64,000 nt of DNA from Calditrichia bacterium. GTDB taxonomy: Bacteria; Calditrichota; Calditrichia; JAJRVZ01. A program made the position numbers and the translations under genes. The stretch lies in assembly GCA_963796965.1 (NCBI GenBank), contig CAWCNS010000016.1, forward strand, positions 160,001 to 224,000, in the 5' to 3' direction. Numbering within the stretch: the stretch's first letter is position 1; each line of letters starts with the position of its first letter. This document shows positions 44,395 to 55,083 of the stretch, one piece after another. The notes under the pieces are model-generated. The model was not told the DNA's origin and searched no databases. It saw only the letters and a list, made by a program, of their open reading frames with translations.

Positions 44395-45753
44395 ATGAAC
44401 GAATTTACTCCCAGTGAAATAGTCAAGGAACTAGATAAATATATTATTGGACAAGACGCGGCAAAGAAATCTGTCGCAATTGCGCTGCGAAACCGTTGGC
44501 GCCGACAAATGGTAAAAGGTGCAATCCGTGAAGAGATTATGCCAAACAATATTATTCTGATCGGTCCCACCGGTGTTGGTAAAACAGAGATTTCACGTCG
44601 CCTTGCGCGTTTAGCAAATGCTGCTTTTATAAAAGTTGAAGCATCGAAATTTACAGAGGTTGGCTATGTCGGTCGTGATGTTGATTCCATTATTCGTGAT
44701 TTAATGGATATTAGTATTCAAATGGTTCGGGAAGAAAAAACCAAATCGGTAGAAACTAAAGCCCGCGAAATAGCCATGGAACGATTGTTAGACGTCCTTC
44801 TTCCACCACTTTCGAATAAACCGAAACCGGTTGGTGAGATGGAAGAAACCGATGAATTGGAATTGCGGCATCAACGAACACGTGAAAAATTACGTGCTCA
44901 ACTCCAAAAAGGTCAATTAGATGAACGCATGATAGAAATTGATGTCCCCGTTGATTCCTCTCCGATGCTGCAGGTTTTTTCTCCACTGGGTATCGAAGAA
45001 ATGGGTATGAATCTTCAGGATATTTTTGGTGGCATGATGCCAAAGAAAATGAAAAAAAGGAAAACTACGGTCCCCCAGGCCCTGGATATACTTACGCAAC
45101 AGGAAGCGCAAAAATTAATAGATATGGAAGAAGTGGTACGCGAAGCGACCAGACGGGTGGAGAACTCGGGGATTGTTTTTCTAGATGAGATCGATAAAAT
45201 TGCCGGTCCCAGTAGCGGCAAACACGGCCCCGATGTATCTCGAGAGGGTGTCCAACGTGATTTGTTACCTGTTGTTGAAGGAACGTCGGTTACTACAAAA
45301 TATGGTGTTATAAAAACAGACCACATCCTTTTTATCGCCTCCGGTGCGTTTCACGTCTCAAAACCATCAGATCTTATCCCTGAACTGCAGGGACGCTTTC
45401 CGATACGTGTTGAGTTGAACAGTCTGACAGAGAATGATTTTATTCGGATTCTGACCGAACCTGAGAATGCCTTGATTAAACAATATACATCTCTATTAGA
45501 GACTGAGGATGTCCTACTTACTTTTACCAAGGATGCTATTGCCGAAATTGCCCGAATTGCAACATTAGTTAATACAAAGGCAGAAAATATCGGTGCTCGT
45601 CGTTTACACACGATTATGTCTACTTTGTTAGAGGATATTTTGTTTAATGTTCCGGAAATGGGAGCTAAAAGAATTAAAATTGATGGTGCAAGAGTTAAGG
45701 AAAAACTTGAAGCGATTGTGGAAGATGAGGACCTCAGTAAATATATTCTTTAA
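44395..45753 (+). CDS. hslU: ATP-dependent protease ATPase subunit
   Basis: [37 protein letters not shown]. Confidence 0.97.
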   Translation: MNEFTPSEIVKELDKYIIGQDAAKKSVAIALRNRWRRQMVKGAIREEIMPNNIILIGPTGVGKTEISRRLARLANAAFIKVEASKFTEVGYVGRDVDSIIRDLMDISIQMVREEKTKSVETKAREIAMERLLDVLLPPLSNKPKPVGEMEETDELELRHQRTREKLRAQLQKGQLDERMIEIDVPVDSSPMLQVFSPLGIEEMGMNLQDIFGGMMPKKMKKRKTTVPQALDILTQQEAQKLIDMEEVVREATRRVENSGIVFLDEIDKIAGPSSGKHGPDVSREGVQRDLLPVVEGTSVTTKYGVIKTDHILFIASGAFHVSKPSDLIPELQGRFPIRVELNSLTENDFIRILTEPENALIKQYTSLLETEDVLLTFTKDAIAEIARIATLVNTKAENIGARRLHTIMSTLLEDILFNVPEMGAKRIKIDGARVKEKLEAIVEDEDLSKYIL

Positions 45754-45798
45754 TCAGGTATAATCTATTCAAAATTGACTTAAGCATATGCTTTAAAA

Positions 45799-46728
45799 TT
45801 GGGAGTAAGTGTGAATAAACATTTTTTATCCATCGCTGATTACAACAGAGCGGATCTCGAAGAGATTCTCGATTTAACAAAAGAATTGAAGGATAAAACC
45901 CATCGAGGGGAAGAACATCATCTTTGCAGGGGTAAAACAATGTCTATGATATTTGCCAAACCTTCTGCGAGAACCCGCATTTCTTTCGAGACCGGGATGT
46001 ACCAACTAGGTGGCTATGCGCTGTATCTTTCTCCAAATGATATCGGCATTGGTAAGCGCGAGTCAGTGAAAGATATTTCGCGTGTCATTTCACGTTATAA
46101 CGATATTATTATGGCAAGACTTTTTGAGCATAAACATATATTGGAATTGGCCGAATATGCAGATGTTCCGGTGATAAATGGATTGACCGATTATAATCAT
46201 CCATGTCAGATTATGGCAGATATTTTTACAATTTTAGAAGTCCGGGGAACATTATCCGATTTGAAAGTTACATATATTGGTGATGGAAATAATGTAGCAA
46301 ACTCATGGATTAATCTGGCTTCAGTCTTACCCTTTAGCCTGGTTATATGTTCACCATCCGGGTATGAACCGGATCCTGTTACTTTAGCGCATGCCCGTGA
46401 GAAGGGCATCAGTGACGTGAAGGTAATAGAGGATCCAAAGACAGCAGTATCAGAAAGTGATATTGTATACACGGACGTCTGGGCAAGTATGGGACAGGAA
46501 AGTGAAGCAAAATCCCGCGAGAAGGCATTTAAGCCATATCAGGTAAATCGGGAATTGATCAGCCATGCAAAACCGGATGCCAAAGTGATGCATTGCCTGC
46601 CAGCTCATCGTGGCAGTGAAATTACTGATGATGTCCTTGATAGTTCCCAATCAATAGTTTTTGATGAAGCCGAAAATCGCATGCATGTGCAAAAGGCTAT
46701 CATCGTTAAACTTCTTGGTCAAGTATAG
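45799..46728 (+). CDS. argF: Ornithine carbamoyltransferase (start may be GTG 45811)
   Basis: SARTR, HPCQ, GDGNN, YTDVWASMG, HCLP, AENR. Confidence 0.95.
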   Translation: MGVSVNKHFLSIADYNRADLEEILDLTKELKDKTHRGEEHHLCRGKTMSMIFAKPSARTRISFETGMYQLGGYALYLSPNDIGIGKRESVKDISRVISRYNDIIMARLFEHKHILELAEYADVPVINGLTDYNHPCQIMADIFTILEVRGTLSDLKVTYIGDGNNVANSWINLASVLPFSLVICSPSGYEPDPVTLAHAREKGISDVKVIEDPKTAVSESDIVYTDVWASMGQESEAKSREKAFKPYQVNRELISHAKPDAKVMHCLPAHRGSEITDDVLDSSQSIVFDEAENRMHVQKAIIVKLLGQV

Positions 46729-46737
46729 AAAAAATTC

Positions 46738-47754
46738 ATGATGTCTGAGACCGGGACAGAATTAAAAATAAAAATTGTAGCCGATTCAAACGATGCCCTG
46801 TGGGATGAATTCGTAGCCAATTCACCACAGGGCACTTTTTTTCAAAAATCAATCTGGATTAAGCTGATTACAGAGGCATTTGGTCTAACCTCTAAACGCT
46901 TGTTCTGCCTGCGCAATAATCAAACAATTGGTGGGCTTCAATACTATGAAAGCAAAAAGTTGATTTGGAGAGTGGCGACACCCACTCCCCTGGTCCCATT
47001 TACAGCTCCTCTTTTTTACGCACCTAATGATGAAAGATTACAAAAAAGAATATCAAATTACTTAAACATATCATCTGCTTTTTGTAAATATCTGGATGAT
47101 AATCTCGATTTCTGGATTCTTGATGCGTCGCACACATTCACAGACTCCCGTGCCTTTATATGGCAGGGTGCTTTAGTTGAACCTCGTCATACCTATGTTG
47201 TCAATCTTACGGAAGAAGAGGATTTAATTGATCAATTTAACCAAAGCACGCGTAAAAAATTGAAGTTAGCGAAAAAGGAAAAAATTAAAATTCTTGAATC
47301 AGATGATCCTTCAATTCTCATCAAACTTGTTTCAAAAAGTTATTATCGTCATAATAGAAATCCTTTGCTCCCTGAAATAATGCTGGAGAAAATAATAAAA
47401 CCGATGATTAAATTACCCAATGTGAAGCTTTATTATCTTTCCATGCAGAATCGGGTTCGGTCAGCCAGATTAATTGTTGAAGACCGTCAAATCGTCTATG
47501 ATCTATTGGCTGGGGGTGATGATGAAACAGGATTTGCCTCTGCCTATCTCATCAGCAACATCTTAACCAGATATTGTCATAGCCATCGGCAATTTGATTT
47601 TATGGGTGCAGATCATCCTGATATTGAAAAATTTAAAAGAGGTTTTGGCGGTGAATTAAGGCAGGGATTCAGAATTTCAGGGAAAGTAGGTTTCCCACTT
47701 TCGATGCTTATTAAATTAAACGAATACCGTTTGAACAAAAATCGTGAATTATGA
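46738..47754 (+). CDS. GNAT/FemAB-like acyltransferase
   Basis: WDEFV..SPQGTFFQ, FDFMGA, FKRGFGG. Confidence 0.75.
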   Translation: MMSETGTELKIKIVADSNDALWDEFVANSPQGTFFQKSIWIKLITEAFGLTSKRLFCLRNNQTIGGLQYYESKKLIWRVATPTPLVPFTAPLFYAPNDERLQKRISNYLNISSAFCKYLDDNLDFWILDASHTFTDSRAFIWQGALVEPRHTYVVNLTEEEDLIDQFNQSTRKKLKLAKKEKIKILESDDPSILIKLVSKSYYRHNRNPLLPEIMLEKIIKPMIKLPNVKLYYLSMQNRVRSARLIVEDRQIVYDLLAGGDDETGFASAYLISNILTRYCHSHRQFDFMGADHPDIEKFKRGFGGELRQGFRISGKVGFPLSMLIKLNEYRLNKNREL

Positions 47755-49430
47755 CTATAAATTTTTATATAGATAAAAAATATTTTTCCCGTCGGCTTGA
47801 ATATATCATTAGAATCATTGCCAGGAGACTTGGTTTCCCCTATCAGTTCATTCTATCGCCAGATAAAATTGGCGATGACCAATTAACTATTTCTTATCTA
47901 CCTCTTCAGGAACTTAAATCCACATGGTCTCGATCGATCATTAATATTTTCAATTCACGTCAAATATCCGACCTGGATGCAGCTGAGAAATCAATCAATC
48001 TTTTTGAGTGGGGAAACTACAGTATACCCTTGGTTGGCAACCAGATAAAGAATGATCTGTTGAAGGGTTGGAAAGAATATTCCAGGGGCACTTTGTATAA
48101 GAAGGGTAGTTCAGGTCATTGGTTTATACCTTGTGATATCTTTTTAAATTCATTCTATCATCTCAGTCGTTATGAGGAGAAATGGCGTCATTTTACTGAA
48201 GAAACTATAACAGACCATTCGTCATCTATTTTATCACGCTATGAAAATTTACATGTTCCTGTTGTGGATTTACTCATTGCCTACTTTGATGAGATTATAC
48301 ATCAAAGAGTAAAAGCGGATAAAAAAGTAGCGATTCGTGTTTTGCCCTGGCCTGGCGGGGAAGATTTTGGCGTTGCTCTTACCCATGATGTTGATTTGAC
48401 ACGTGGGGTCCATTTGTATGAACGTGCGTTAATGAAAAGTCAGGGATTAGTCCATCGTCTAATGGGCAATAAAGTCACTTCTAGTGAGATAAATAATTCT
48501 ATTCAGGAGAGAGATGATCAGGCCTGGGGTTTTCCGGAACTCCTTTCAACCTACTCTTCTCTGAAGTACAAAGCCACCTTTTTCTTTCTTGCAAAAATGT
48601 TGGAGGGACGGCATTTTCGTTATAATATCACATCGAAAAAGTTCAAAAAATTATTTAAAGATTTAAGAACTACCGGGCATGAAATAGCCTTACATCCCAG
48701 TAAATTTGCCTTCGATAAGCCAAATTATTATCGAGAGGAAAAAGAAAATCTGGAATCGGCAGTAGGGAGCAGCATAGCAGGAATGCGACAACACTATCTG
48801 CGGGCAAAATTTCCCCGGCTCTGGATTTTGGCCGAAAAGGCTGGCCTGACTTACGACTCATCACTCGGATATAACTATAAGGCTGGCTTCCGTGCTGGCA
48901 CGACACATCCGTTCCAAACATTTGATGTACTAAACGATACACCTCTCTCCCTTACCGAATTTTCATTGAACTTATTTGAATATAATTTGCCAGAGAAAGG
49001 TGAAAATATTGAGGCTTCAAAAATAATGATTGATATATTAGTTGATGCCAACTCAGCGTATGGGGGATTGTTGGTTGCACTTTTACACCCAAGTAATTTA
49101 AAAAAGCAACCTTTTGAAGAACTATGGAATTATCTGCTGGATGGACTGAAGAAGAAAAAAGTTTTTGTTGCCACTCTTTCCGAACATCTGAGCTGGCGAA
49201 GAAGGCGAGATCGCATAAAACTTAAATTTAATAACAATAAAGACCATAATAAGATAGTTCAAATCTCATTGCCGGATGGCATTAATCACTTGGCCGTTGA
49301 AGTTATCGGTGCCCAATTAGGAGAAACGTCGAAAAATGTAATTGTGAATAAACAAGGGCGAAATTGTTATATAATCAAAAGCCGCAATAAAAACATAACC
49401 ATTCCTTTTGAGCCAAATGGATCACAGTAG
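47751..49430 (+). CDS. Polysaccharide deacetylase family protein
   Basis: LSRYEE, ALTHDVD, ATFFF, HEIALH, RQHYLR, YDSSLG, GFRAGT. Confidence 0.8.
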   Translation: MTINFYIDKKYFSRRLEYIIRIIARRLGFPYQFILSPDKIGDDQLTISYLPLQELKSTWSRSIINIFNSRQISDLDAAEKSINLFEWGNYSIPLVGNQIKNDLLKGWKEYSRGTLYKKGSSGHWFIPCDIFLNSFYHLSRYEEKWRHFTEETITDHSSSILSRYENLHVPVVDLLIAYFDEIIHQRVKADKKVAIRVLPWPGGEDFGVALTHDVDLTRGVHLYERALMKSQGLVHRLMGNKVTSSEINNSIQERDDQAWGFPELLSTYSSLKYKATFFFLAKMLEGRHFRYNITSKKFKKLFKDLRTTGHEIALHPSKFAFDKPNYYREEKENLESAVGSSIAGMRQHYLRAKFPRLWILAEKAGLTYDSSLGYNYKAGFRAGTTHPFQTFDVLNDTPLSLTEFSLNLFEYNLPEKGENIEASKIMIDILVDANSAYGGLLVALLHPSNLKKQPFEELWNYLLDGLKKKKVFVATLSEHLSWRRRRDRIKLKFNNNKDHNKIVQISLPDGINHLAVEVIGAQLGETSKNVIVNKQGRNCYIIKSRNKNITIPFEPNGSQ

Positions 49431-50544
49431 AATGCGCATCTGCCACATCACTATAAATCCCATAGAATATGAAAGACGGATAATTAACCAAGCTGAAAGT
49501 GCTATCGAGGCAGGATACAAGGTAAATATTGTGTCACTGGAATTGCCTGATAAAAAGGCTGAAACGATACAAATAAGATCAGAAATTACTGCTCTCAAGA
49601 CACCATTTTATAAAGGAGGTGTTTTTAAATTTTTGCATTTTAATTGGAAAGTTTTTTTATATCTCATTAATAAACCTCTAGAAGTTATTCATTGTCATGA
49701 CCTATGGATACTGCCGTCCGCAGTCACTTTATCATTATTTAAAAAATGCCGTCTAATTTATGATGCCCATGAATTCTATGGTGGGCTAGAGATATTTATT
49801 CGCCATAAATTACGAAAAAAGATTTGGATGGCCATTGAATATCTGGCTATTCCCTGGGTTGATGTATTAATTACCGTTTCTGCGCCCCTGGCCGCCCTCT
49901 ATCTTAAAAAGTATCCCCGACTGAGGCAAGTGGTCGTTATTAGAAATTTACCCAAAATAGAGCCTCTACCAGACAGAGATGCGCCGCTAATTAAAACAGA
50001 TGAACCGGTAATATTATTTCAAGGACATTTTAGACCAGGTCGAGGATTAGTTAATCTCTTTGAGGCATTTTCTCAGACCCAAGGTATGCATTTGGTAATG
50101 ATTGGGGGCGGAGAACTTGAGGATGAATTAAAAGGGATGGTGGTAAAAAAGAATATGGAAAAGAGAGTTACCTTTTTGGGATATGTACCAACAGATGACC
50201 TGATCCAAACCACTGCCCAGGCTGATTTGGGAGTGGTTTTGTTTGAGCCTACGAGCATTAATTATTCATACGCTCTACCCAATAAGTTTTTTGAATATAT
50301 CATGGCTGGAATCCCTGTACTCGCAAGCAATATCGAAACATTTAAGGAATATATAGATTTCTATCAGGTAGGTTTGACAGTTGATCCCAAAGATGTTGCA
50401 GGTATTCGAGAAAGAGTAATGGAAATGGTTTTTGACAAAGATAAAATGGTCAAATGGGGTGTCAATGCACGGGAAGCATCTAAAGAACTTAATTGGGAGT
50501 TAGAAGCAAAAAAAATGAATCAGATCTATGAAAATTTTAGATAA
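49417..50544 (+). CDS. Glycosyltransferase family 4
   Basis: IHCHDL, IYDAHE, RGL, PNKFFEY..AGIPV. Confidence 0.9.
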   Translation: MDHSRMRICHITINPIEYERRIINQAESAIEAGYKVNIVSLELPDKKAETIQIRSEITALKTPFYKGGVFKFLHFNWKVFLYLINKPLEVIHCHDLWILPSAVTLSLFKKCRLIYDAHEFYGGLEIFIRHKLRKKIWMAIEYLAIPWVDVLITVSAPLAALYLKKYPRLRQVVVIRNLPKIEPLPDRDAPLIKTDEPVILFQGHFRPGRGLVNLFEAFSQTQGMHLVMIGGGELEDELKGMVVKKNMEKRVTFLGYVPTDDLIQTTAQADLGVVLFEPTSINYSYALPNKFFEYIMAGIPVLASNIETFKEYIDFYQVGLTVDPKDVAGIRERVMEMVFDKDKMVKWGVNAREASKELNWELEAKKMNQIYENFR

Positions 50545-50587
50545 TATTTCTCTTCGGTTTACATCACAACGGTAGAAAGATCTGAAT

Positions 50588-51826
50588 ATGGAATCCAGAA
50601 GAGAATCGATTGATAATACGTTGTTTTTTTACGCGGCTATGGTTTTAAATATTTTTTTAGGTTGGATCATAGCCAGACTTAATACCGATTATCTTGAAGT
50701 ACCTGTCTACGGTCAATTGGCATTTTTTACAACGATTATACTTTTTGGTCGTACATTATTTGATTTTGGGTTCTTTGAAGCCTCATCTCGACTCATGGCT
50801 ATTGAAAAAGACAAGGCTGTGAGAAGTCGGCTCTTGGGTGCAAGCTTTTTATGGGCCATCTTCTTTGCTCTTCTCTCTGTCGTAATTCTCTATCTTCTCG
50901 GTGAATTTATCGATAGCATTTTTGAAGTTAAAGTAGGCTTCCTTTGTCAAAAATTTGCCTATGGTTTGGGTCTTTACGTCCTTTTGGCGTATGTTTCTCG
51001 TATCATGCGGGGTTTAGGTCATATTAAAATTCTCGCTTTACTATCAATTGCCCCCAGAATTATATATAGTCTGCTTCTAATTTTAATTATATTCGTTGCT
51101 GAATTCACATTAACTTCTACTTTAGAGATGATGTTTTGGGGGATTCTTCTTACTCTTCTTGCCGCATGGATATATCTTAAACCATCGTTGAAATACCTTG
51201 CTGAACAATCAAAGCGCATTAAAACTGAAGTGAAAGCCTATGGGCGTCATATCTATGTAAGTATAATTTGGGGAGAGCTGCTAATACATGCAGATAAGTT
51301 TCTCGTCTCATATTTCCTTGATAGTCAGTCACTGGCTTTTTATGCTTTAGCCTTCACCTTAGCAATACCTCTATCTCTCTTTTCAACCTCATTAGCCACG
51401 AGTTTATTTAATAAGTTTGCTTCTGTGGAATTCATCAGTCCTAAAATCATTCGCGCAAATTTCATCTTCGTAATCAGCTCTGTTATAATATTTCTTTTAA
51501 TTCGCAAGCATCTTATTTATTATTTGTTTTCTGAGCAATACGAACCGGCGATCGAACTCCTTTTACCCCTTGGAATTGCGTTCGGACTCTCAGGGTTGAG
51601 CAGACCCTTTACGATGTTTTTAATGGCGAATAGGCATGGAAAGATCGTCAGAAATATTTCTGTCCTTATTCCAACAATTAAGATCGGACTAAGTATACTG
51701 ATCATACCAATTTATGGTGTTTATGGTGTCGCCTGGGTAACGACGATTGTTTATGGTCTTGATTTAATTTTATTTGTTTTTTCCTACCTTCGTATCACTA
51801 AGATTCCTTTCTCACAACTACTTTAA
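50588..51826 (+). CDS. Oligosaccharide flippase (Wzx-like)
   Basis: About 12 TM helices, YG.L, DFGF, DKFLV, YGVYGVAW; in polysaccharide cluster. Confidence 0.75.
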   Translation: MESRRESIDNTLFFYAAMVLNIFLGWIIARLNTDYLEVPVYGQLAFFTTIILFGRTLFDFGFFEASSRLMAIEKDKAVRSRLLGASFLWAIFFALLSVVILYLLGEFIDSIFEVKVGFLCQKFAYGLGLYVLLAYVSRIMRGLGHIKILALLSIAPRIIYSLLLILIIFVAEFTLTSTLEMMFWGILLTLLAAWIYLKPSLKYLAEQSKRIKTEVKAYGRHIYVSIIWGELLIHADKFLVSYFLDSQSLAFYALAFTLAIPLSLFSTSLATSLFNKFASVEFISPKIIRANFIFVISSVIIFLLIRKHLIYYLFSEQYEPAIELLLPLGIAFGLSGLSRPFTMFLMANRHGKIVRNISVLIPTIKIGLSILIIPIYGVYGVAWVTTIVYGLDLILFVFSYLRITKIPFSQLL

Positions 51827-52513
51827 TCCTTCTGGTGGGGGGTGTGCAATGGTAAATACATCCACACGTTCAACCCCTGCGTTTTTCAAGCAGGTCACAC
51901 AGGCTTCTACGGTGCTTCCCGTAGTAATTACATCATCGACTAATAAGACTACATTCTCAGAGATTCTGTTGGGACAATAAAAAGCATTTCTAACATTAAG
52001 ATCTCTTTCTTTTTTTGACATTGTTGTTTGAGAAATCGTATTGCGTTTCCGCAGCAGTAGTTCGCTTTTAACTGGTATCTGGAATTTTGCCTTAAGGGCA
52101 AAGGAAATTTGTTCACTTTGATTGTATCCCCGCTCGCGTTCTCTTGTTTTATACAATGGAACAGGAATGATTGCATCGTATTTATTGTTTTTCAAGTGGG
52201 GAAATCGAAGAAGGGACTCTTCTGCAAAGTAATGGGTTAAGGATAAGTAGCGATTATATTTTAACAGGTGAATTAGCATCTGGACAATCTCTTCATATTT
52301 AAACAAGATATAGATAGTGTCGAAAGACCTTTCTATCAGAGATTGATCTAAGTCCCCCTCAAAGGGAGGTATTCTCTCCCAGCATGTTTGGCATATGATC
52401 TGTCGGTCTTCGGTTAATAATTGATCACAATGATGGCAGAGTGGTGGGTATAGTACATCTGTCAGAGGCGTGAATATATATTCTTTTAACAAATAAATGA
52501 TTGATGAGGTCAT
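51818..52513 (-). CDS. comF: ComF family protein (zinc finger + PRTase)
   Basis: YPPLCHHC..ICQTC, IIPVPL, RGYNQS, LLVDDVITTGST. Confidence 0.92.
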   Translation of the reverse strand: MTSSIIYLLKEYIFTPLTDVLYPPLCHHCDQLLTEDRQIICQTCWERIPPFEGDLDQSLIERSFDTIYILFKYEEIVQMLIHLLKYNRYLSLTHYFAEESLLRFPHLKNNKYDAIIPVPLYKTRERERGYNQSEQISFALKAKFQIPVKSELLLRKRNTISQTTMSKKERDLNVRNAFYCPNRISENVVLLVDDVITTGSTVEACVTCLKNAGVERVDVFTIAHPPPEGLK

Positions 52514-52559
52514 TTAAATCTCGTTTATCATCAATCGCGCAATTATTGGACCAATTTGG

Positions 52560-52587
52560 GTAGGGACGACCCACAGGGTTCGCCCCT
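52560..52587 (+). repeat. GTAG-type REP-like palindrome
   Basis: GTAGGGACGACCC-ACA-GGGTTCGCCCCT. Confidence 0.65.
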
Positions 52588-52596
52588 GATAATATA

Positions 52597-53874
52597 TCAC
52601 ATGTTAAATATCAATGATACCCTTGGTTCAAATCTTTCCTGTGTCTCATATACATTTGGAGCGATTTGGATAAAATTCCATCGATATCGGAGCGAAACAT
52701 AAAATATACTATAGGCCCTATAGCCCACTTCGGCAACAGCCTGGGAAAAAATATCCAGGGTAAATGCATCTTTAAATGTCTGAATATTTGTTTTATCATA
52801 ATAAGCCAAAAGCAAAATATTTGGTAGAGCATCAATTAAGCGTGCCTCAAGATGCATAATACCGCTGTTAGACATATCATCCTGTTGTTGATAGTTTCCC
52901 ATGAGCCTGATTATATTGGCGATATTACCGGCCAATTCGCCAAAATATCCACTGGATCTAGTCATTTGAGCCAACCGGCTTTGCTTATCATAACCATCGG
53001 GTAACCCTCTTTCCAGTTCATATAAGGTGTTGAAATAGTTTGGAATAAACTGATCGCCAAGCCAACGTCTCTCAAATCTTACATCAAGACTTAACAGGCC
53101 AAGAGCATCAGGAAAACCAAAATTGATACCTGCCACCCTGCCTTCACCGTAATCAATAAATTTTGCATAATCGAAATACAGGGTTGTTTTAAAAAAATCA
53201 CCTTTAATTACCGGAAGGGCAACATCAAGACCCCATTCAGTTATATCATCATCTGTTTCAATATTATTATCAGGATTTCTATCGCTGACTACAGTTCCAC
53301 CGAATTCAAGATTACTTAGAACCGGAATCTCAGCGGTATGTAAGGGTCTGTAATAAAGACGTCCACCAATAATTTCAATTTTAGCCAGGTTACTTGTTAC
53401 CGATTCCATCCCAAATGCACCCAGATCTAAGTCAAAAGCTAAACCGAATTTCCGGTTATCATATTCTGCCTCATTGCTGTAATACCACATTTGGAATCCA
53501 TGACCGAGCCTGGCTGCCATAAGAGAACCGAGGCGTATATATACCGGATCGTCTTTATGGGCATAGCGAATATATCGTATGGCACGGGCGATGGCAGAAG
53601 CATCCTCCCAACCAACTGTCCTAAATTTGAAATTCTCTTCGTTATTGAAGAGTAAATCAATCCGGAGGCCTAATCCAAACTTGCCGAAAGTGAATTCAGG
53701 GCTTATTGAGACGGTAGTATAGCTAATACCATTTATCCAAGTTACACCCAAACCACCATTAAAAAAATTCGGGTTTTGATTTAATGGATAGGGCAAAGGC
53801 TTGTCTGACTCATCTTGGGCTAGGAGAGGAGAAATGATTAATAAAGATAAGAGAACAACTATAAGTATCCGCAT
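52597..53874 (-). CDS. Exported protein of unknown function, probable outer-membrane beta-barrel
   Basis: Signal peptide ending LLA-QD, many amphipathic strands, C-terminal RVSLIFNM; GAGGTGG RBS before ATG 53874. Confidence 0.65.
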   Translation of the reverse strand: MRILIVVLLSLLIISPLLAQDESDKPLPYPLNQNPNFFNGGLGVTWINGISYTTVSISPEFTFGKFGLGLRIDLLFNNEENFKFRTVGWEDASAIARAIRYIRYAHKDDPVYIRLGSLMAARLGHGFQMWYYSNEAEYDNRKFGLAFDLDLGAFGMESVTSNLAKIEIIGGRLYYRPLHTAEIPVLSNLEFGGTVVSDRNPDNNIETDDDITEWGLDVALPVIKGDFFKTTLYFDYAKFIDYGEGRVAGINFGFPDALGLLSLDVRFERRWLGDQFIPNYFNTLYELERGLPDGYDKQSRLAQMTRSSGYFGELAGNIANIIRLMGNYQQQDDMSNSGIMHLEARLIDALPNILLLAYYDKTNIQTFKDAFTLDIFSQAVAEVGYRAYSIFYVSLRYRWNFIQIAPNVYETQERFEPRVSLIFNM

Positions 53875-53937
53875 GGTCCACCTCACTATGCTGATGCGAT
53901 AATTTCGATTATTTTTGCTTGATCAATTTCAATATGA

Positions 53938-53964
53938 TACTCGGCATAATCGATATAAACTTGA
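53938..53964 (-). promoter_or_regulatory. Putative sigma-28 promoter of the exported-protein/comF unit
   Basis: Minus strand TCAAGTTT-N11-GCCGAGTA. Confidence 0.7.
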
Positions 53965-54194
53965 TCATTCCAATTGAAATCGGTGATATTTGCTTGATTT
54001 GATTCTATCTCAAATGCGATCAAATATGCAGAAGTGTCGAATATTCGTCAGTTTTAATGTCGAAAAATCAGTCACATTTTTGCTAAAGTGGGTAAGGATT
54101 AGACACAAAAAAGTAAAAATAGAATTATATTTATGCCTACAAGACATTGTTAAATATAGGTTTAGGGCGCTATAAATGAAAAGGCATGGATTTT

Positions 54195-54210
54195 TTGGCA
54201 CAATAAATGC
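54195..54210 (+). promoter_or_regulatory. Putative sigma-54 promoter of the sigma-28 gene
   Basis: TTGGCACAATAAATGC, GG(54197-8)-N10-GC(54209-10), 52 nt before the ATG. Confidence 0.72.
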
Positions 54211-54262
54211 GAATATTCAAACTCGCCTATCAATTAAAACCCTTATGAGGAGGATATAGACC

Positions 54263-55021
54263 ATGTATAACACGAACGCAGATCAAGTTTGGCAAACATA
54301 CAAAGCAACGGGAAATCCAAAACTTCGCCAGGAACTTACCCTACGTTATCTCGGATTGGTCAAGTATGTTGTCAGGAAAATGATCAAGAACTATCCTCCA
54401 GCCATTGAAGAGCAAGATCTTTATCACATTGGTACCCTTGGACTGGTAGAAGCGTTGGACCGATTTAATCTGGAATATGGCATAAAATTCGAGACCTACG
54501 CAATTCCACGTATTAAGGGTTCTATAATTGATGAATTAAGGAAACTCGATTGGATACCTCGCTCATTACGTAATAAAACTAATATGTATAAAGAAAAAAC
54601 TGTCGAATTAGAACAGAAATTCAGCGGTGCTTATACGGATGCAGAAGTCTCAAACGGACTTGGTATTAACGAAGGTGATTTAAACACATGGAAAAGAGAT
54701 ATGAACAGCCTGAACATGCTATCACTTGACAGACCAATCGATGATGCCAATAGTCAAAATCTATATGATATGATAGAAGTCGATGAAGAAACATATGCCG
54801 ATAACACTATAGAAGAGGAAGAAATGAGGAAAGTATTATTAGAATCTGTAAAACAATTGCCAGAAAAAACACGGCTGGCCATTACGTTATACTATTACGA
54901 AAAACTCACCTTCAAAGAAATCGGTAAAATTCTGAATGTATCGGAATCCCGTATTTCCCAAATTCATTCTGAGACAATGACGAAACTGAAAAAGTCAATA
55001 ACAAAAATGATCTATGCTTAA
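54263..55021 (+). CDS. fliA: FliA/WhiG-family RNA polymerase sigma factor (sigma-28)
   Basis: KFETYAIPRIKGSIIDELRKLDWIPRS, LYYYEKLTFKEIG..LNVSESRISQIH; GAGGAGG RBS. Confidence 0.93.
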   Translation: MYNTNADQVWQTYKATGNPKLRQELTLRYLGLVKYVVRKMIKNYPPAIEEQDLYHIGTLGLVEALDRFNLEYGIKFETYAIPRIKGSIIDELRKLDWIPRSLRNKTNMYKEKTVELEQKFSGAYTDAEVSNGLGINEGDLNTWKRDMNSLNMLSLDRPIDDANSQNLYDMIEVDEETYADNTIEEEEMRKVLLESVKQLPEKTRLAITLYYYEKLTFKEIGKILNVSESRISQIHSETMTKLKKSITKMIYA

Positions 55022-55028
55022 TATAAAT

Positions 55029-55083
55029 TATAACCGTTAAAATCCAATTTTCATATATTGAGTATTGGATTTTAACGGTTATA
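55029..55083. terminator. 20-bp perfect inverted repeat right after the sigma-28 stop
   Basis: TATAACCGTTAAAATCCAAT-N15-ATTGGATTTTAACGGTTATA; terminator role is inferred. Confidence 0.6.
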
